The position numbers and the translations under genes are program-made. A stretch of DNA of 64,000 nt from Acidobacteriota bacterium. Lineage in GTDB: Bacteria > Acidobacteriota > Blastocatellia > Chloracidobacteriales > JADJPF01. Where the stretch lies: positions 15,377 to 79,376 of the forward strand of contig JACQZQ010000071.1 of NCBI GenBank assembly GCA_016213785.1, written 5' to 3'. Numbering within the stretch: position 1 is the first letter of the stretch; each line of letters begins with the position of its first letter. Under the pieces are notes generated by a model, which searched no databases, was not told the origin of the DNA, and saw nothing but the letters and a program-made list of their open reading frames with translations. Shown in pieces: positions 9,651-18,797 of the stretch.

Positions 9651-10517
9651 TTAAATACTTAAATTTTTTAGATAGTTTTTTAAGTCTTCGGCAAACTCTT
9701 TACGTTTTAGAGCAAACTCAATAGTAGCAATTAGAAAACCTAATTTATCTCCTGCGTCATGGCGTTTACCTTTGAATTTACAAGCATAAAATGGCCTAGA
9801 AGCTAGTAATTTTTTCATTCCATCGGTTAGCTGAATTTCTCCGCCAGTACCTTTACCTGTTTCTGCTAGGATTGGAAAAAGATCGGGTGTCAAAATATAA
9901 CGACCAATAATAGCCATATTTGAAGGGGCTTCGGCATAAGGCGGTTTTTCTACCATATCAGTAATTCTATAGGTATACTCATCAATTTTTTCATGAGCAA
10001 TTACCCCAAAACGAGAAATTTCTGGGCCATTTATTTCTGTAACTGCAATAACTGGAGCTTGATACTTTTCATAAACTTCTATCATTTGCTTTAAGCAAGG
10101 CTCTTGTGCATCAACAACATCATCTGGTAAGACTACGGCAAAAGGTTCATCTCCTACTAAATCATGAGCTACTAAAACCGCATGGCCTAGGCCAAGAGCT
10201 TGTTTTTGGCGAATATAAGAAACCTGTGCTAGGTTATGGATTTTGTTTAACTCTTTTAGAATAGAATCTTTACCCCGTTCGGCTAAAGTTTGTGCTAGCT
10301 CAAAACTAATATCAAAATGATCTTCTAGAGCTTGTTTACCTCGACCTGTTACTATTATAACATTCTCAATTCCACTATTTACTGCCTCTTCAACCCCATA
10401 TTGAATTAAAGGCTTATCAACAAGTGTTAGCATTTCTTTAGGTATAACCTTAGTAGCAGGTAAAAACCTTGTCCCAAGACCAGCAGCAGGAAAAACAGCT
10501 TTACGAACTTTTTGCAT
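9651..10517 (-). CDS. galU: UTP-glucose-1-phosphate uridylyltransferase
   Basis: KAVFPAAGLGTRFLPATK, PKEML, LGLGHAV, VEKP, GEIQLTD. Confidence 0.96.
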   Translation of the reverse strand: MQKVRKAVFPAAGLGTRFLPATKVIPKEMLTLVDKPLIQYGVEEAVNSGIENVIIVTGRGKQALEDHFDISFELAQTLAERGKDSILKELNKIHNLAQVSYIRQKQALGLGHAVLVAHDLVGDEPFAVVLPDDVVDAQEPCLKQMIEVYEKYQAPVIAVTEINGPEISRFGVIAHEKIDEYTYRITDMVEKPPYAEAPSNMAIIGRYILTPDLFPILAETGKGTGGEIQLTDGMKKLLASRPFYACKFKGKRHDAGDKLGFLIATIEFALKRKEFAEDLKNYLKNLSI

Positions 10518-10964
10518 AAATATTTGCTCCTTAACAGAGATTTGTAAACTATTTTATTTATTCATATTTATAAAAACACATACAACTTGGTTAGGATTAA
10601 AAATTACTAGTTTAACATTTTTTATCTATTATTTTGAGTAGCTTTAATCTAAAGCTTTTTAGTAAAAAACATATATTTTAGAACATTGTATTAGAATTAA
10701 AATACTATTAAAATTTTCTAGTTATTTAGAAAAATATAGAATATAAAATTATATTTTGTAACTAACCTAACAATATTTGAAGTTTTGCTATTTATCATTT
10801 ATTTGTTATAGTATTTATTATAAAAACTTTATTTTTAGTTTACTTTCTTATGATTTTAGTAATTTTCTTATAGAATAAAAGTATTAAGATAAAAACTTCT
10901 ACTTTTCTAAAAAATTTTTTCTATTTTTTCTAAACTTAATTAGAACAATTTTGAGGCAATAATA

Positions 10965-13211
10965 ATGATAAATACAGATAATAACGAACTTAAAAATGAT
11001 AGGGTAATGAAACTTAAGGCTAGCATTTTATTTCGCACTTGTAACCAAGAAACCTTAAAAGAAATAGAAACAGAGCTTACAGATATTTTTTTAGAAAAAG
11101 ATAAAATTTTATTTAGAGAAGGAGATATTGGAGACTGTCTTTATGTTGTTATTAATGGAAAATTAGCAGTTTATACCACTGATAAAAGCGGTCAGAGAAT
11201 TGTTATAGATGAAAAATTTCCAGGCTCTTGTGTTGGTGAAATAGCACTCTTAACAGGCCAACTCCGTAGCGCTTCAGTTTATGCGCTAGAAAATACTAAT
11301 GTAATGGCTTTGTCAAAAGAAGGATTTGCTAAACTTGCAAATAAAATCCCTGGACTTGTAACTACAATTAGTAATGCAATTTTACCTAATCTACAAATGA
11401 GCTATTTAGCCCCTATCCTAGCAGAATTATTTAAGCTAAAAGATATAGTAGAACTGCAAAACCTAGAATCAGAAATAGAATGGAAAACTTTAGCTAAAGG
11501 TGAAGCCCTTTTTCATCAAGGAGATATAGCAGATGGAATGTATATTGTAGTTACAGGAAGACTACAAATATTTATTCAAGATGAAAACAAAGAAGAACAA
11601 CTCCATAGTGAAGTTGGTACTGGAGAAGTTATAGGTGAAATAGCCCTGCTTACAGAAGAAACCCGATCGGCTACAATTTATGCACTTAGGGAAACTAACG
11701 TAGTGAAACTTTCAGCAAGTACTTTTGAAAAACTGATTGATAAGTATCCAAAAATGATGGTGCAAATTACACGTATGATTGTAGCCCGCCAGCAACAAAT
11801 GCTAGCAAATAAAATAAGTAATATAAGATCATATAATTATGCTCTTATACCACTGAGTAAAGATATTTCTATAAAAGATTTATTAGTAGAGTTAGCAAAA
11901 GCAACTTCAGTGTTTGGAACAGTTATGATGCTAGATGCTAATAAATTTGATCAACTCTATGGAATAGAAAATGCGTCTAAAACTGACCTAGAATCTCCTC
12001 TTAGTTTTGTTATTAATAAATGCCTAACCGATTTAGCAGCACGTTATAAATACTTAATCTATGGTGCAGACTTTGACTGGACACCTTGGACACAACGTTG
12101 TATATCTCAAGCAGATAGAATTTTACTTGTAGCTAATGCTAAAGATGACCCATCACTTCGCAGAATTGAAGAAATTATCCAAGAACGTTTTAATAATGTT
12201 CAAACAGAACTAGTATTATTACATAGTCCAGAAATAAATCAGCCTAGTAATACAACCTCATGGCTTACACCCCGTAAAGTATTTTCTCATCACCACTTAC
12301 GTAAAAAAGATAGCCAGCATATTCGCAGATTAGCAAGGCATTTAACTAATAACACAATAGGTTTAGTTTTAAGTGGGGGAGGTGCAAGGGGTTTTGCTCA
12401 TGTTGGGGTTATTAAAGCCTTTTATGAGCTAGGGATAGAAATAGATAGTATTGCAGGTACAAGTATGGGGTCACTTGTAGCAGCAGCATATGCAACTAAA
12501 TTAGATGCTAAGGCTTTACTAGAAATATCAGCTAAATTTGCTTCAGCTAAGCAACTTTTTGACTTTACTTTGCCTATAGTTTCCTTAATGAGTTCAGGAA
12601 AAGTAACTCATGTAATGGAAGAACTTTTTGAAGATACTTTAATAGAAGATTTATGGAACCCTTTTTTCTGCGTTTCTAGTAATCTTTCTCATGCTGCACC
12701 TATTATCCATCGTCAAGGTTTACTACGTCGGGCAGTAAGAGCTAGCATTTCCATCCCTATGGTATTTTCTCCAGTGGTTTTTGATGGGGATGTTGTTGTA
12801 GATGGTGGGATTATGAATAATTTTCCTGTAGATATTATGAGAAAAATTTGTCAAGGAGGTACAGTTATTGGAGTAACCGTTGCTCCTCCATCTGATAAAG
12901 TTCGTACATTTGGATATGATGATAGTGTTTCAGGGTGGAAAATACTACTTAATAAACTTAATCCAATGAGTGAAAAAGAAGCTGTTCCTTCACTAGTTTG
13001 GACAATTTTGCGTTCAATGGAAGTTAATAATGTTTATTTACAAAATCAAATGGACAGATTAACAGATTTATTAATTCGTCCAAATGTGGGTAAGTTTGGA
13101 ATACTTGATTTTGGTTCGTTTGAACCCATAGTTCAAATTGGTTATGAAACAGCATTACCAAAATTAAAAGAATGGTTGCCTAAATATTTAATTCGTTACC
13201 ATTCTAAATAA
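10965..13211 (+). CDS. Cyclic-nucleotide-regulated patatin-like phospholipase (2x cNMP-binding + patatin, NTE-like)
   Basis: Two cNMP domains (GEIALLTGQLRSA, GEIALLTEETRSA); patatin motifs SGGGARG, GTSMG, DGG. Confidence 0.92.
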   Translation: MINTDNNELKNDRVMKLKASILFRTCNQETLKEIETELTDIFLEKDKILFREGDIGDCLYVVINGKLAVYTTDKSGQRIVIDEKFPGSCVGEIALLTGQLRSASVYALENTNVMALSKEGFAKLANKIPGLVTTISNAILPNLQMSYLAPILAELFKLKDIVELQNLESEIEWKTLAKGEALFHQGDIADGMYIVVTGRLQIFIQDENKEEQLHSEVGTGEVIGEIALLTEETRSATIYALRETNVVKLSASTFEKLIDKYPKMMVQITRMIVARQQQMLANKISNIRSYNYALIPLSKDISIKDLLVELAKATSVFGTVMMLDANKFDQLYGIENASKTDLESPLSFVINKCLTDLAARYKYLIYGADFDWTPWTQRCISQADRILLVANAKDDPSLRRIEEIIQERFNNVQTELVLLHSPEINQPSNTTSWLTPRKVFSHHHLRKKDSQHIRRLARHLTNNTIGLVLSGGGARGFAHVGVIKAFYELGIEIDSIAGTSMGSLVAAAYATKLDAKALLEISAKFASAKQLFDFTLPIVSLMSSGKVTHVMEELFEDTLIEDLWNPFFCVSSNLSHAAPIIHRQGLLRRAVRASISIPMVFSPVVFDGDVVVDGGIMNNFPVDIMRKICQGGTVIGVTVAPPSDKVRTFGYDDSVSGWKILLNKLNPMSEKEAVPSLVWTILRSMEVNNVYLQNQMDRLTDLLIRPNVGKFGILDFGSFEPIVQIGYETALPKLKEWLPKYLIRYHSK

Positions 13212-13400
13212 AGTTTTTTAGGATAAAACCCTGAAGAGCTAAAAAAGTTTGGTAGATTAAATTTTATTTTTTGGATTAAAATACCTAACACATTGTTTTG
13301 TTAGAACTTTTTGACTTAAGCCTAGGGATAATACTGTTAAATAGACTAAAATCTTTAATATAAATTATAAAAATTTCTTACTTATTGAGAGGTATAAATA

Positions 13401-14978
13401 ATGCTAGGACAATTTGATCGTAGGTTTTATATTGATTTTTTGCGAGATATTGACGAAGCCGAAATGAGCGGTATTTTACGTCTTCGCCAAAATCGTACAA
13501 TAAAAGCTCTTTTCTTTGAATCAGGTTGTTTAGTTTTTGGTATTAGCAATTTACCGGATGAAGAACTAGGACAACATTTAGTTAATCTAGGTGTGTTAGC
13601 TAGTGAGCATTTATCTTCTATTCAACCTAATGTAAATCGCACTCAACCCTTAACCTTTTTACTTCAAGCCTATAATTTAGTTACTCACGATCAACTAGTA
13701 AAAGCTGAATATGAATTAATAGAAGGAATGGCTGTGGCCTGTTTTCGTTGGGAGGGTGGAGAATATAGTTTTGATAGCAGTAAAACAGCAGATCATGAGT
13801 TTAAGATTCAAATTCGGGCATTAGATATTTTAGCTAATGGTATTCGTAATCTTACTGACGATAATTATATTCGTAGTGCTATAGGAGAATTATCACAATA
13901 TGTTTTGCCTGTTACAGACTTATTTAATCGTACTAAAAGAATAAATTTAACTCCTCAAGAAGGCTATGTTCTTTCAATGATTGATAATGCTAAAACAGTT
14001 TCCCAGTTAATTTCTGGAAGTGGACTTCCAGAAGAGCATGTTTTAAGAATCCTTTATACATTACTTACAACAGGCGTTTTAGACCCATTAGAGGAAGTTA
14101 TTGATATAAAAACTTCTGTAAGATTAGCTAATGCTAGTGGTAATGCTATTCGACCAGTTCCTGTTAGCGCTCCTACAGCTTCATCACCAAGAGCTTCAGG
14201 GGCTTATCGTAAACTTTCACCCTTAGATCAAACCTATAATACTTTACAAGCAACAGGGCCGCTTAGTTTACCGACCTCAGCAACAGGGCCACTTACCCTC
14301 CCACCCTCAGCGACTGGGGCGCTTACTCCGCCACCATCGGCAACAGGGCCGCTTAGTTTACCGACCTCAGCAACAGGGCCACTCACCCTCCCACCCTCAG
14401 CACAACCAGTATTTCAGGCTCAAGCCGTTCAAGCTGCTGAACCTTCACCAGCAATTACTAGACCTTTAGAGCACCCTAAACCTAGTAGCAGTAAAAAAAT
14501 TAATACAGCAAAACTAGAAGCCTTAGCAGGGGTGAAAATTCGTTCTTCTACAGGTGCTAAACAAGGTGAGGTTAATGAACAAGCTGAACAGGCTTTTATT
14601 CAAGGTAAACAACTTCTTCGCACTTCAGATGTTCGCAGAGCCGAGATAAGCTTTCGTCAAGCTGTTGAAATATCACCTGATACGCCTAAATACTTACTAG
14701 CTTTAGCTTTATTATTAATAAAACGAGGTGCTCGTAAAGATGCTGAAGGTTTATTAATAAGGTGTTGTGAACTTGAACCAACTGCAATTGAACCAAGACT
14801 GCAACTAGCTGGAATTTATGAGCAAAGTAATCTTACTGAAAAAGCTGAACAAATGTATAAAAGTGTACTTAATATAGATCCAGAACATCCTGTTGCAAAA
14901 GAGAAACTTAATAAAAAAGAAAGCTCTATTTGGAATGCAGATGTAGGTACATTCTTTTCTAAGATACTTAAAAAATAA
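13401..14978 (+). CDS. DUF4388-like N-terminal domain, Pro/Thr-rich linker and C-terminal TPRs
   Basis: SGILRL…LFFESGCLV…LGQHLV, FRWEGGEYSF, LTPQEGYVLSMID; C-terminal TPR-like helices; GAGAGG RBS. Confidence 0.75.
   Translation: MLGQFDRRFYIDFLRDIDEAEMSGILRLRQNRTIKALFFESGCLVFGISNLPDEELGQHLVNLGVLASEHLSSIQPNVNRTQPLTFLLQAYNLVTHDQLVKAEYELIEGMAVACFRWEGGEYSFDSSKTADHEFKIQIRALDILANGIRNLTDDNYIRSAIGELSQYVLPVTDLFNRTKRINLTPQEGYVLSMIDNAKTVSQLISGSGLPEEHVLRILYTLLTTGVLDPLEEVIDIKTSVRLANASGNAIRPVPVSAPTASSPRASGAYRKLSPLDQTYNTLQATGPLSLPTSATGPLTLPPSATGALTPPPSATGPLSLPTSATGPLTLPPSAQPVFQAQAVQAAEPSPAITRPLEHPKPSSSKKINTAKLEALAGVKIRSSTGAKQGEVNEQAEQAFIQGKQLLRTSDVRRAEISFRQAVEISPDTPKYLLALALLLIKRGARKDAEGLLIRCCELEPTAIEPRLQLAGIYEQSNLTEKAEQMYKSVLNIDPEHPVAKEKLNKKESSIWNADVGTFFSKILKK
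14250..14399 (+). repeat. Intragenic 30-bp tandem repeat x5 (10-aa ATGPL[S/T]LP[T/P]S units)
   Basis: Units at 14250, 14280, 14310, 14340, 14370 in A-B-C-A-B' order; GC-rich compared with the flanks. Confidence 0.92.
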
Positions 14979-14999
14979 CCTTAAATATCATATTCTTTT

Positions 15000-15034
15000 A
15001 TATCCACTACAAAAATAATTCTTGTAGTGGATAT
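15000..15034 (+). terminator. Stem-loop after the DUF4388 gene
   Basis: ATATCCACTACAA-N9-TTGTAGTGGATAT, perfect 13-bp stem; no clear U-tract. Confidence 0.6.
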
Positions 15035-15066
15035 GGAACTAAACTTTAGTATAAAAAATTAAGATA

Positions 15067-15309
15067 ATGGAAATTATTAATACACTAATAACTTTACTAG
15101 GCGGTATAACTCTTACGGTTGTTGGAGTAATGAAACTCTATGGAGTAAAAAATAAAATTCTTCGTAGTTCAACAAACACATTTGTAGAAAGTTTATGCGC
15201 TACTTGACCAAACTGGAATGGTCGTATTTTACGGCTTATTTATCCTTTTATTTTTCTTATTCCTGGTATAAGTTTTTTGGCTATTTTTATAGTGCAAATA
15301 TCAAAATAG
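15067..15309 (+). CDS. Small two-TM membrane protein with in-frame TGA (CxxU); candidate selenoprotein, alternatively a nonsense pseudogene
   Basis: MEIINTLITLLGGITLTVVGVMKLYGVKNKILRSSTNTFVESLCAT-[TGA 15205-15207]-PNWNGRILRLIYPFIFLIPGISFLAIFIVQISK-TAG; a hydrophobic helix on each side of the TGA. Confidence 0.6.
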
Positions 15310-15429
15310 GTTTTTAAGTCTAAAAATATTGCCGTAGATCTGAATAAGAGAGTATCGCATTTAAAGATTGTTGTGTTAAATTCTAACTCGCTAACTAGTT
15401 TGTATAGGAAATTATGAGGAAAATTTTGA

Positions 15430-15783
15430 GTGGAACAAGAAAAACCAATAATAAAAATAAACTTAGCAGACCTAAAAGCTCTAGCAGAAGTAATAATTCG
15501 CCAATCATCGGTTATTTTAGTGCAAAGAGATCCTAATGATGTAAAAATGGATGAAAGAAGCGCATTAATTCATAAACTTTGGCTTAGAGTCTCTGAAAGA
15601 GCACAACATCGTGCAGGTGCTTACCCTAATATCAAAGAACACCTTACACATGAACAAGTCCTAAATCTAAAATTAAAAGAATTACTTGATAAAATTTTAG
15701 AAACCCCATTAAGTTCTGAAGATTACGCTATTTTTCTTGATAACCTAATTGAAAGAGCATTAAAGACTTCAGAAAAAGGGTAG
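15430..15783 (+). CDS. Hypothetical protein (117 aa, helical)
   Basis: GTG start with GAGGA upstream; no family recognised. Confidence 0.65.
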   Translation: MEQEKPIIKINLADLKALAEVIIRQSSVILVQRDPNDVKMDERSALIHKLWLRVSERAQHRAGAYPNIKEHLTHEQVLNLKLKELLDKILETPLSSEDYAIFLDNLIERALKTSEKG

Positions 15784-16017
15784 GGCTGATGAAAAAAATA
15801 TTAGTAATAACTAAGCCTAATATTAATCATACATATTGTAACTGTAATTATTTATGTAATAGGCGCTACAGATATACCTTAGGCAAAATAGCAGAAGGAA
15901 TATAAAATTCCTTTAGCAATATTTAATAAATACCTTAGGGTAATTTCCAGATTATATAAAAAATGTAGGGCAAGAGTATTAAAATATAGGATTTTGCCTT
16001 AGATTATAGGGTATACA

Positions 16018-16710
16018 TTAATTTCCGCAGAATTTATAACCTACCCCAGGTTCATTTAAGATGTAGCGAGGTTTTTCTGGATTAGGTTCTATTTTATAAC
16101 GTAGTTGATTTATCAAAATTCTTAGCTGTTCGGTTTGTTCTAAAGATTGCGTTCCCCATAAAAGATAAACTAGGTGTTGACGGGTAATTAGTTTTTCTGC
16201 ATTGTTCATTAAATATATAAGCACATCATATTCTTTGGGGGTTAATTTTACTTCTTTTCCACTAACAAGTAAGACTTTTTTAGTACTAAAATCAATAGTA
16301 ACATCACCAACACTTAAAACACCCTGTTCTACTTCAATATTATTAAATCTTCTTAGTGCTGCTCTCATTCTTGCTAGTAAATCGTTTAAGTTAAAAGGTT
16401 TAGTAAGATAATCGGTTGCACCAAGATTTAGTGCAGAATTTTGTTCAGAATCCATCTGGGCAGATAAAATAATAATTGGTACTTGAGATGATTTGCGTAC
16501 TAATTTACATACATCTAAACCTGATAAACCAGGCATAATCAAATCCAAAATAATTAAATCAGGCATTTGTTCTTGGATTATTTGTAGTGCTTCATTACCA
16601 TTAGCCGCTACTACTACTTCACAGCCATGAGGCGGCAAACTAGCTTTTAACACACGTAATATTTGAGGCTCATCATCTACTACTAAAATTCTAGGTTTAT
16701 AAATAGCCAT
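16018..16710 (-). CDS. OmpR/KdpE-family response regulator (no adjacent kinase)
   Basis: ILVVDDE, LIILDLIMPG, DYLTKPF, LTPKEYD, IEPNPEKPRYILNEPGVGY. Confidence 0.9.
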   Translation of the reverse strand: MAIYKPRILVVDDEPQILRVLKASLPPHGCEVVVAANGNEALQIIQEQMPDLIILDLIMPGLSGLDVCKLVRKSSQVPIIILSAQMDSEQNSALNLGATDYLTKPFNLNDLLARMRAALRRFNNIEVEQGVLSVGDVTIDFSTKKVLLVSGKEVKLTPKEYDVLIYLMNNAEKLITRQHLVYLLWGTQSLEQTEQLRILINQLRYKIEPNPEKPRYILNEPGVGYKFCGN

Positions 16711-17018
16711 AACCCTTCCTTCTCTAAATACTTTAGGTAAAATAATAGATAAAGTGACTTAATATTTTATAGAAAATATTGTAAATAGATTATTGCTCAT
16801 AATCTTGTTAATTATCTATTAAATGTATGTTATTAAATAAAAAGTCGTTAAATTTTTATTAGTATAAAAGTAATATAAGGGCTTTTTATAGGTAAAAAAA
16901 TGGTCTTATATAGAAAAAAAAATAGTCTTTGGTGTAAACTTGTAAGAGGTTTTATTCGTTTGTTGGCTTTAATCAAACATAACTAAACAATAATGATTTA
17001 AATGGCAGGGAGAAAAAT

Positions 17019-17654
17019 ATGTTTTGTCCAAGTTGTGGTAAAGAAATTTTAACAGACCGTAACTTTTGTAGTATTTGTGGGATTAATCTTCAGGCTGTTC
17101 ACCAAGCTATAGCTAACCCTATAACACAACCACAGAACTTACAAACTCAGCAACCTTCTGAGATTTATTTAGAAGTCGAGAAAGCAAGACATAGCTTAAA
17201 AAAACTTGCCTTAATACTTATGGGTGCTGGCTTAAGTTTAAGTATATTGCTTATGATGATTTCTGAATTTCTTAGAAATTTTAGCGATAGAGCGAGTCAA
17301 ATATTAGAAAATTTAGCTCCACTAGGCGCTTTACTTATCTTAATAGGAATAATGACCTTAATATATCGTAGGTTAATGTATGGTGCTGCTAGTTCAAAAG
17401 TAGTAGTCTTACAGTCCCAACAATCTTTATCACAAACCCCACCCCTAAATTTATTACCAGCAGATTCAAATTACCAAAATCCTCCAGGTCGCCCACTTTT
17501 TCAAGATATGGCTTCACAAACTTCTAAACAACAACCCATTCCTGTTGCACGTCAAAACCATGATTCTAGCTATCCTTATCCACCTCCAACTATAACAGAA
17601 CATACAACAAAAGAACTAAAACCACCTCAAGGAAAACAAACTACTAGCTATTAG
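17019..17654 (+). CDS. Zinc-ribbon domain membrane protein
   Basis: MFCPSCG…FCSICG, two TM helices, Pro/Gln-rich tail ending TITEHTTKEL. Confidence 0.8.
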   Translation: MFCPSCGKEILTDRNFCSICGINLQAVHQAIANPITQPQNLQTQQPSEIYLEVEKARHSLKKLALILMGAGLSLSILLMMISEFLRNFSDRASQILENLAPLGALLILIGIMTLIYRRLMYGAASSKVVVLQSQQSLSQTPPLNLLPADSNYQNPPGRPLFQDMASQTSKQQPIPVARQNHDSSYPYPPPTITEHTTKELKPPQGKQTTSY

Positions 17655-17688
17655 AATTTTATAGAATATAAAGTAATTAGTATTAAGT

Positions 17689-18003
17689 ATGATGAATAGT
17701 AATTTTGATTATAAAGAAGATTTTTTTGAAGATGAGGTTATAGAACTACCAATAGAGGACACTATTGACCTACATAGTTTTTCCCCTAAAGAAATAAAAG
17801 CTGTTGTAGAAGAATATCTTTATCAAGCCCATCAAAAACATTTTCCTGTTGTAAGAATAATTCATGGAAAGGGTATTGGTGTACAAAGAGAAATTGTAAG
17901 AAAAATATTAAGTAGTAGCGTGTATGTAGAAAGCTTTTCTGATGGTGGTTTGACTGGAGGTAGTTGGGGTGCTACAGTAGCCTACTTAAAATATCAAGAC
18001 TAA
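17689..18003 (+). CDS. Smr/MutS2 C-terminal domain protein
   Basis: IDLHSF, VRIIHGKGIG, GSWGATV. Confidence 0.9.
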   Translation: MMNSNFDYKEDFFEDEVIELPIEDTIDLHSFSPKEIKAVVEEYLYQAHQKHFPVVRIIHGKGIGVQREIVRKILSSSVYVESFSDGGLTGGSWGATVAYLKYQD

Positions 18004-18017
18004 TCAAAAACAGTAGT

Positions 18018-18794
18018 ATGTTAAAAGCCGAAAACCTATATTTTAGCTATAAAACCCCAGTTATTGAAGATGTTTCACTCGCTTTAGAAAAGGGGAGTTT
18101 AAGCGTTTTAATTGGGCCTAATGGGTCAGGTAAATCTACGCTAATGAAAATGTTAGCATCGCTTTTAGTTCCTAACAAAGGGAAAATATTTTTACAAAAT
18201 AAATTATTTAAAGATATTTCTCGCCGTGAAATTGCCCAGCAAATAGCCTATGTAGCCCAAGAAACAAAGGTAGAATTTCCTCTAAGCGCTTTTGAATTTG
18301 TTTTACAAGGTCGTTTTGCTTATGGACAAGGGTTTGGATTTGAGCAAGAGAAAGATTTAGAACTTGCTAAAAAAATGATGCGACTAACTTTTACAGACGA
18401 TTTTTTTAACAGACAAATAAATGCTCTCTCTGGAGGTGAAAGACAAAGAGTTTTTTTAGCACGCGCTTTAGCTCAAGACCCAAAACTCCTTCTTTTAGAT
18501 GAACCTACCGCTAACTTAGATATTTCTCACCAAGTAACTACCTTTAAGTTATTAAAAGAATTAACTCACCAAGAAAACCTAACAGTTTTACTTATTACTC
18601 ATGAGTTAAACCTTACAGCGGAATTTGCTGATAAAATTTTTCTTCTAAAAAATGGGAAATTATTCTCTCAAGGAAGCCCAAAAGAAGTTTTGGTTCAGAG
18701 TAGTTTGGAAAAGGTATTTGAAACAAATTTACTAGTGGACAATAACCCTAAAAGTAATTCCCCTAGGGTTACTGTAGTAGGACATAATTATTAG
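18018..18794 (+). CDS. Iron-siderophore/cobalamin/heme ABC importer ATPase (FecE/BtuD-like)
   Basis: GPNGSGKS, LSGGERQRV, LLLDEPTANLD, THELN; likely start ATG 18018 rather than 17964. Confidence 0.88.
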   Translation: MLKAENLYFSYKTPVIEDVSLALEKGSLSVLIGPNGSGKSTLMKMLASLLVPNKGKIFLQNKLFKDISRREIAQQIAYVAQETKVEFPLSAFEFVLQGRFAYGQGFGFEQEKDLELAKKMMRLTFTDDFFNRQINALSGGERQRVFLARALAQDPKLLLLDEPTANLDISHQVTTFKLLKELTHQENLTVLLITHELNLTAEFADKIFLLKNGKLFSQGSPKEVLVQSSLEKVFETNLLVDNNPKSNSPRVTVVGHNY

Positions 18795-18797
18795 CCG

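Noticed and set aside
10518-10964. Long, extremely AT-rich intergenic stretch as replication origin or hidden gene
   Set aside because: No DnaA-box cluster or credible ORF seen; consistent with a divergent promoter region.
15205-15207. Genome-wide reassignment of TGA to Trp/Gly (code 4 or 25)
   Set aside because: Long conserved genes translate fully under code 11 with TGG for Trp and no in-frame TGA; only site-specific recoding or a nonsense mutation fits.
15789-15905. 38-aa Cys-containing ORF (MKKILVITKPNINHTYCNCNYLCNRR…)
   Set aside because: Composition follows the AT-rich intergenic sequence, the RBS is weak and no family is recognisable.
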